Shown in pieces: positions 8,207 to 12,769 of a DNA stretch of 12,769 nucleotides. This stretch comes from Candidatus Eiseniibacteriota bacterium. Its GTDB lineage: Bacteria; Eisenbacteria; RBG-16-71-46. The translations under genes and the position numbers were made by a program. The stretch's first letter is position 1. Each line of letters starts with the position of its first letter. A model generated the notes under the pieces. It was not told the origin of the DNA. It worked only from the letters and a program-made list of their open reading frames with translations, and made no database searches. The stretch spans positions 1 to 12,769 of the forward strand of contig JANLOX010000380.1 of the NCBI GenBank assembly GCA_031366795.1, given 5' to 3'.

Positions 8207-8238
8207 GAAAAGGCCGGCTTCCGTAAGGGAACCGGCCT
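8207..8238 (-). terminator. Intrinsic terminator downstream of the M43 protease gene
   Basis: The minus strand reads AGGCCGGTTCCC-TTAC-GGAAGCCGGCCT, a GC-rich stem with one G-U pair and one mismatch. It runs into a short T-tract (TTTT counting the stem's last T) about 35 nt after the stop at 8272. Confidence 0.75.
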
Positions 8239-8271
8239 CTCGCGTGCGGCCCGATATTGGGTATCGGGGTG

Positions 8272-9528
8272 TTACGGAATCAGTACGATGCTGCGGGTGA
8301 TCGCCTGGTCGTTGTAGCGCAGCGTCGCGAAGTACATGCCGGGGCGCATCTGCGCGCCACGCAACGAAACGTTGTGCTCGCCGGCCGGGCGTTCCCCGTC
8401 GACCAGCGTCTGCACCAACTCCCCGGCCACATCGAACACCTTGAGCGACACGTTGCCGCGCTTAGGCACGGCGAAGTGCAGCGTCGCCGTGCGTGCGAAC
8501 GGGTTGGGGAATGCCCCACGGAAGCTGAGCTGCGCGCCACCGATCGCCGACGATGAACGCGCCAGCTCGGTGGTGCCGCCACCGACCGTGATGTTGCCGC
8601 CGCCGGCCACGAGTGCCGCGTTCAGCAGGTTCGGACGATACACCGGCACGATACCGTCCATACGCGCGTCCTGGCCCGCTGTGAACGTCGTGTAGCAAGC
8701 GTCGTCCGAGTAATCCATGTAGTTCTCGATCGGGTCATTGCCGGCCGTCGCACACGTGTTCTTGCCCACCGGGCAGCCCGACGTCGAGGTGGCTTCATCC
8801 GGCGTATCGGACACCTGGTCGCCCGGGGCGACACAGCCGCCCTGGAACGTGTGGTAGAGACCGAGATAGTGACCGGTTTCGTGAGCCAGTGTGCCGCCCA
8901 GGTTGTAGGGCGCCAGGTAACCGCCCGGGACCGAGCCATAGTGGAATACGACGCCGTGATGCCAGTCGCTCTCCGCGTATGAGTTCGGGAAGTAGGCCCA
9001 GCCGAGCAGGTTCTGGCCGAGCGCGCAGGAATAAATGTTGAGGCGATGGATGACATCGGTGGCCAACGCCTGCTTGGCGCTGCGCTCCTTGGCCGAACCA
9101 GGCGTCATGGTGAACCACTTGCTGTTGTTGGTGCGGTCCACGCTGGCCAACACGAACGTGTAGCCCGTGTTCACGCCACCATAGAAACCCGAGTAGGCCT
9201 TGTTCATGTAGGCGATCTGGGCATCAATCTGCGACTGCGGAACGTTGCCGGTCGTGCCGCTGTAGATCACGTGCCACGCGACCTTGATCTGACCGCCGAC
9301 GGCCATAGTCTCGAACGGATGGGCCTTGCGATAGCCCTCGACCGCCTGGATGACGCCCGCCATCTCACTGGGCGTCGGGTCGATGGTGGCGCAATTTCGG
9401 TGGGTGATCGCGGCGCCGAGTCCGGCGTCGGAGACTTCGGCGGCATGGACGGATGCTGCGCTGAACGTGCAGAGCGCCAGGGCAAGGGTGAACGTCACCA
9501 ACTGCTGGGTGGGGGTACGACGCTTCAT
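8272..9528 (-). CDS. Secreted M43 (pappalysin/ulilysin-family) zinc metalloprotease with a C-terminal T9SS type A-like/FlgD Ig-like domain
   Basis: Signal peptide ending VHA; propeptide Cys (NCAT, possible cysteine switch); metzincin motif HETGHYLGLYH (8851-8883) followed by TFQGGC; DQVSDTP; Met-turn NYMDY; C-terminal FPNPF...VFDVAG...GMYFATL. Shine-Dalgarno GGAGGT at 9539-9534. Confidence 0.93.
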   Translation of the reverse strand: MKRRTPTQQLVTFTLALALCTFSAASVHAAEVSDAGLGAAITHRNCATIDPTPSEMAGVIQAVEGYRKAHPFETMAVGGQIKVAWHVIYSGTTGNVPQSQIDAQIAYMNKAYSGFYGGVNTGYTFVLASVDRTNNSKWFTMTPGSAKERSAKQALATDVIHRLNIYSCALGQNLLGWAYFPNSYAESDWHHGVVFHYGSVPGGYLAPYNLGGTLAHETGHYLGLYHTFQGGCVAPGDQVSDTPDEATSTSGCPVGKNTCATAGNDPIENYMDYSDDACYTTFTAGQDARMDGIVPVYRPNLLNAALVAGGGNITVGGGTTELARSSSAIGGAQLSFRGAFPNPFARTATLHFAVPKRGNVSLKVFDVAGELVQTLVDGERPAGEHNVSLRGAQMRPGMYFATLRYNDQAITRSIVLIP

Positions 9529-9647
9529 TGGGCACCTCCGTTAACCGAACAACACGTTAGGGGATCACGTAAGGCAGACGTCTGGGAGACCCCGCATGCG
9601 GCGAGCATCCGTTCGCTTTATCATTAACCTGACATCAATATTCGCGC

Positions 9648-9676
9648 CTGCCAACCCCTATTTTGGGGGATATGCT
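9648..9676 (+). promoter_or_regulatory. Putative sigma70-type promoter of the PBP1B gene
   Basis: CTGCCA (9648-9653), 17 nt, TATGCT (9671-9676), within a relatively AT-rich divergent intergenic region. The -10 hexamer is the same as the one before ispG. Confidence 0.4.
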
Positions 9677-9723
9677 CCGGGCGGGTTGCGGCCGGGGCCG
9701 AAGCGACCGAGAGTGTAAGTCCT

Positions 9724-12162
9724 GTGATTCCCCCTGTTTGGACGCCAGTGACTGAGCTAAGGCAACGCCTGCGCGGTCTCCTGCCCCGGCGGCGCCTAAC
9801 GCGCTGGACGGTGCTGGTGGGGTTCGTCGTGTTGGCGGGTGCCACTTGGCTCAGCTTCACGGCGCGCGTGATGGCGTTGCGCGAGATGCGCACCACCGGC
9901 CCGGGCTGGAGCTATCCCTCACGGTTGTACTCAGCGGATTTGCCACTCACCGCCGGCGCGCGGCTGTTTGCGGATCCGCTGCTGCGCCAGGTGGAGGTGC
10001 GCGGCTACAGGCGGGTGGCGGGTCAGGCCGTAGCCCCCGGTGAGTTCACGTCGTTGTCGAATGCGATCGAGATCGGTGTGCGCGGTTTCCACGCGGCGGA
10101 CGATCCCGCGGGCCACGGCGGGCCAGAGCGTGTGCGCGTGGTCTTCGGTCGCGGTGGCATTGCCACGATCGAACGACGCGGCGGCTATCGCGGCCTCCCG
10201 GCGCCGGATCTCGCACACCCTCCCCGGCTCGAACCCGTTGCGTTCGCCACCGTGCTAGACTCACTGCGCGTGCGGCGCACGTGGTTACCGCTTTCACGGG
10301 TGCCGCGCGTGGTGCAGGACGCCGTGATCGCTTCAGAAGACCGGCGCTTTCGCCAGCACCTCGGGCTCGACTTGCGCTCGAACGCGCGGGCGTTGTTCGT
10401 CAACGTAGCCGCCGGCGGCGTGCGCGAGGGCGGCAGCACGCTCACTCAACAGTTGGCGCGCGGATTGTTCCTGGGCCGCGAACGGACTTTGCCGCGCAAA
10501 GTGGTGGAGGCCGCGCTGGCCGTGGGTCTCGAACTCGCGTTGTCCAAGGACGAGATCCTCGAGATGTACCTGAACTCCGTGTACTGGGGGCAGGATGGCG
10601 GCGATGGCGTCGCCGGTCTGGCCGAGGCGTCGCGTCATTACTTCGGGGTGCCCGCGGAATCGTTGGGCCTCGCCCAGGCGGCGCTGCTGACCGGGATCAT
10701 TCCGGGGCCCAATGCGCTCTCGCCCTTCCGGCGCCCCAACCTCGCGAAGCGCACGCGCCATCGCGTATTGATGGACATGGTCGAACTCGGGCGCATCGAC
10801 TCCGCCGCCGCCGGCGCCGCGGACCGCTCACCACTCGGCCTCCACCACCAACCACCGCCTGCCGACCGCTTCCCCGCCGCGAGCGGTTTCATACGCGATG
10901 AGTTGGCGCGCCGGCTCGGCGCGGGTGCCGCCGAACACATGGGACTCGCCGTGTTCACCACGATCGATCCGGTGTGGCAGGCCGACGCCGAATCGCTGCT
11001 CGTGATGGGGCTCAACGAACTCGAGCCGCCGCACGGACGCGATCTATTGCAGGGCGCCTTCGTCGCCATGAACGCGAGCGATGGTGCGGTGCGCGCGATG
11101 GTCGGTGGCCGGGACGACCAGCAGGGCCAATTCAATCGCGCGACACAGGCGCGACGGCAGCCGGGCTCCGCGATCAAGCCGGTGGTCTACTCGGCTGCCC
11201 TCGATCCCACCCGCGGCGCGCCGCGCTTTACGCCGGCGAGCACCGTTCCCGACCAACGGCGCTCGTTCGATACGCCCGAGGGCCCATGGACGCCGCGCAA
11301 CGACCAGGAGGATTATCACGAGCAGGTCACGCTGGCGAAGGCGTTGGCCAAGTCGCTCAATGTCGCCACGGCCAATCTCGTGCAGTTGATCGGCCCCGGC
11401 ACCGTGGTGCGCTACGCCGAGCGCTTTGGACTTGGGACGCTCAAGCCCGTCGCGAGCATCGGGCTCGGCTCCAACGAGGTGACGCCGCTGGCGCTGACCT
11501 CCGCCTACACGGTGTTCGCGAATGCCGGAATGCATGCGCCGAGCACCGGCCTTCGCGCGGTCGTCGCGCACCACGCGGGCAATCCGTTACCGCGGCTCAC
11601 GGCACCCACACGTGTGCTGCCGGTCGAGACCGCAACGCTGATGACGGGGTTGCTCGAGAACGTGGTGAACTTCGGCGTCGCCTACCCGCTGCGCCACAAC
11701 TATGGATTCACGCGGCCCACCGCGGGCAAGACGGGCACGACGAACGATTACAACGACGGCTGGTTCGTCGGCTTTACGCCCGACGTCGTGGCCGGCGTCT
11801 GGGTCGGGCACGACCAGCCGCGCTCGCTGGCCGGGCCGTCGTCGGATACCGCGCTGCGTGTGTGGGCGCGCGTGATGACGCGGCTGCTCGCGGGAGTGCC
11901 GGGGATAGACTTCGCCTCGGACAAGGGGCTGCAGCTCGCGTGGATCGATCCCTACACGGGCGGTCTCGCGCGCAGAGACTGCCCGGTGCCGACGCGCGTG
12001 CCATTCCTGCCCGGGACCGCTCCCGTGAAGACCTGCACGCGGGATCACACGCATGACTGGGAGAAGATCCGCGCGGCAGCCGCCGCCGAGAGCCTTACCA
12101 TCAACAACATGGTTCGGGAGGACCTGATGCGACTTGCCGATTCGACCGCGGCGGAACCATGA
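9724..12162 (+). CDS. mrcB: Class A bifunctional penicillin-binding protein, PBP1B type (TM, UB2H-like, transglycosylase, transpeptidase)
   Basis: N-terminal TM helix and a UB2H-like segment (PSRLYS...GYRRV...PGEF...RLEP). GT51 motifs: EDRRFRQHLG, GGSTLTQQL, RKVVE, KDEILEMYLN. Transpeptidase motifs: SAIK, SLN, KTG. The start (GTG at 9724 or 9748) is uncertain. Confidence 0.9.
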   Translation: MIPPVWTPVTELRQRLRGLLPRRRLTRWTVLVGFVVLAGATWLSFTARVMALREMRTTGPGWSYPSRLYSADLPLTAGARLFADPLLRQVEVRGYRRVAGQAVAPGEFTSLSNAIEIGVRGFHAADDPAGHGGPERVRVVFGRGGIATIERRGGYRGLPAPDLAHPPRLEPVAFATVLDSLRVRRTWLPLSRVPRVVQDAVIASEDRRFRQHLGLDLRSNARALFVNVAAGGVREGGSTLTQQLARGLFLGRERTLPRKVVEAALAVGLELALSKDEILEMYLNSVYWGQDGGDGVAGLAEASRHYFGVPAESLGLAQAALLTGIIPGPNALSPFRRPNLAKRTRHRVLMDMVELGRIDSAAAGAADRSPLGLHHQPPPADRFPAASGFIRDELARRLGAGAAEHMGLAVFTTIDPVWQADAESLLVMGLNELEPPHGRDLLQGAFVAMNASDGAVRAMVGGRDDQQGQFNRATQARRQPGSAIKPVVYSAALDPTRGAPRFTPASTVPDQRRSFDTPEGPWTPRNDQEDYHEQVTLAKALAKSLNVATANLVQLIGPGTVVRYAERFGLGTLKPVASIGLGSNEVTPLALTSAYTVFANAGMHAPSTGLRAVVAHHAGNPLPRLTAPTRVLPVETATLMTGLLENVVNFGVAYPLRHNYGFTRPTAGKTGTTNDYNDGWFVGFTPDVVAGVWVGHDQPRSLAGPSSDTALRVWARVMTRLLAGVPGIDFASDKGLQLAWIDPYTGGLARRDCPVPTRVPFLPGTAPVKTCTRDHTHDWEKIRAAAAAESLTINNMVREDLMRLADSTAAEP

Positions 12163-12769
12163 GCCACCGCGAAGCAGACATCCGCGCATTGACGATCGAC
12201 CCGGACGTCAGCCTCTCGGCGACCCTGCCGGGCTGGGTCTACACCGACGAGGCCGTACTCGAGGCCTGCCGCGAACGCGTGTTCGCGCCGAGCTGGCAGT
12301 TCGTCGCCGATCTCGATCGCGTGCGCGAGCCCGGCCACGTACTGCCCTTCACGCTACTCGAGGGCATGCTCGACGTACCGCTACTGCTGACACGCGACCG
12401 CGCCGACCAGCTGCATTGCATCTCGAACGTGTGCACTCACCGTGCGAATCTCGTGTGCGAACACGAAGGCATCGAGCAGGGCCTGCGCTGCCGCTACCAC
12501 GGCCGCAAGTTCGGGCTCGATGGCGCCTTCGCCTCGATGCCGGAGTTCGAACAGGCCAAGAACTTCCCCTCGCCCGTGGACTCGCTGCCACAAGTGCCGT
12601 TCGGCGCGTGGGAAAAGTTCATGTTCGCCTCGCTCGCGCCCGCTGCGACGCTCGACTCACTCGTGGCACCGATGCGTGATCGCTGCGCCGGCCTCCCGTT
12701 CGGCGAGGCGCGCTTCGATGCCACGCGCTCGCGCGACTACCTGGTCAAGGCGAACTGGGCACTGTACGT
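12159..12769 (+). CDS. Rieske non-heme iron oxygenase alpha subunit (choline monooxygenase-like), 3'-truncated by the window edge
   Basis: Translated by hand; not in the ORF track. MSHREADIRALTIDPD...TLPGWVYTD...VFAPSWQFV...SNVCTHRAN...LRCRYHGRKFGLDG...KANWALY carries the Rieske CxH...CxxH motif. The ATG at 12159 overlaps the mrcB TGA (ATGA). Confidence 0.92.
   Translation, partial: MSHREADIRALTIDPDVSLSATLPGWVYTDEAVLEACRERVFAPSWQFVADLDRVREPGHVLPFTLLEGMLDVPLLLTRDRADQLHCISNVCTHRANLVCEHEGIEQGLRCRYHGRKFGLDGAFASMPEFEQAKNFPSPVDSLPQVPFGAWEKFMFASLAPAATLDSLVAPMRDRCAGLPFGEARFDATRSRDYLVKANWALY

Noticed and set aside
6434..8317. 627-aa plus-strand ORF antisense to the YkuD-Mur fusion
   Set aside because: It has no recognisable motifs and mirrors the real gene's codons; such stop-poor shadow frames are expected at high GC.
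9682..9690. CGGGTTGCG shared with the reverse complement of 4219-4227 in the other divergent intergenic region
   Set aside because: A 9-nt GC-rich match between two regions of this size is plausible by chance.
12134..12679. 181-aa plus-strand ORF in the track
   Set aside because: Wrong frame; the real gene is the Rieske protein starting at 12159 and running off the window.

Overview
GC-rich bacterial chromosomal window with 10 tightly packed CDSs; I found no RNA gene, CRISPR array or mobile element. In order: the 3' part of a Upf1-like SF1B helicase (+); a minus-strand operon of a secreted PLD3/PLD4-like phospholipase D-family protein, a renalase-like flavoprotein and a GNAT; ispG (+); a secreted calycin/FABP-like protein (-); an in-frame fusion of a YkuD (L,D-transpeptidase-fold, ElsL-like) domain to an atypical MurC/Mpl-like ligase (-); an M43 metalloprotease with a T9SS-like C-terminal domain (-); PBP1B (+); and a partial Rieske oxygenase alpha subunit (+) missing from the ORF track. 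The best candidate for an undescribed system is the signal-less YkuD-Mur ligase fusion. Its ligase lacks the MurC L-Ala-binding arginines, suggesting a single-polypeptide 'trim-and-religate' peptidoglycan recycling enzyme. All family assignments come from motif recognition by eye; no searches were run.
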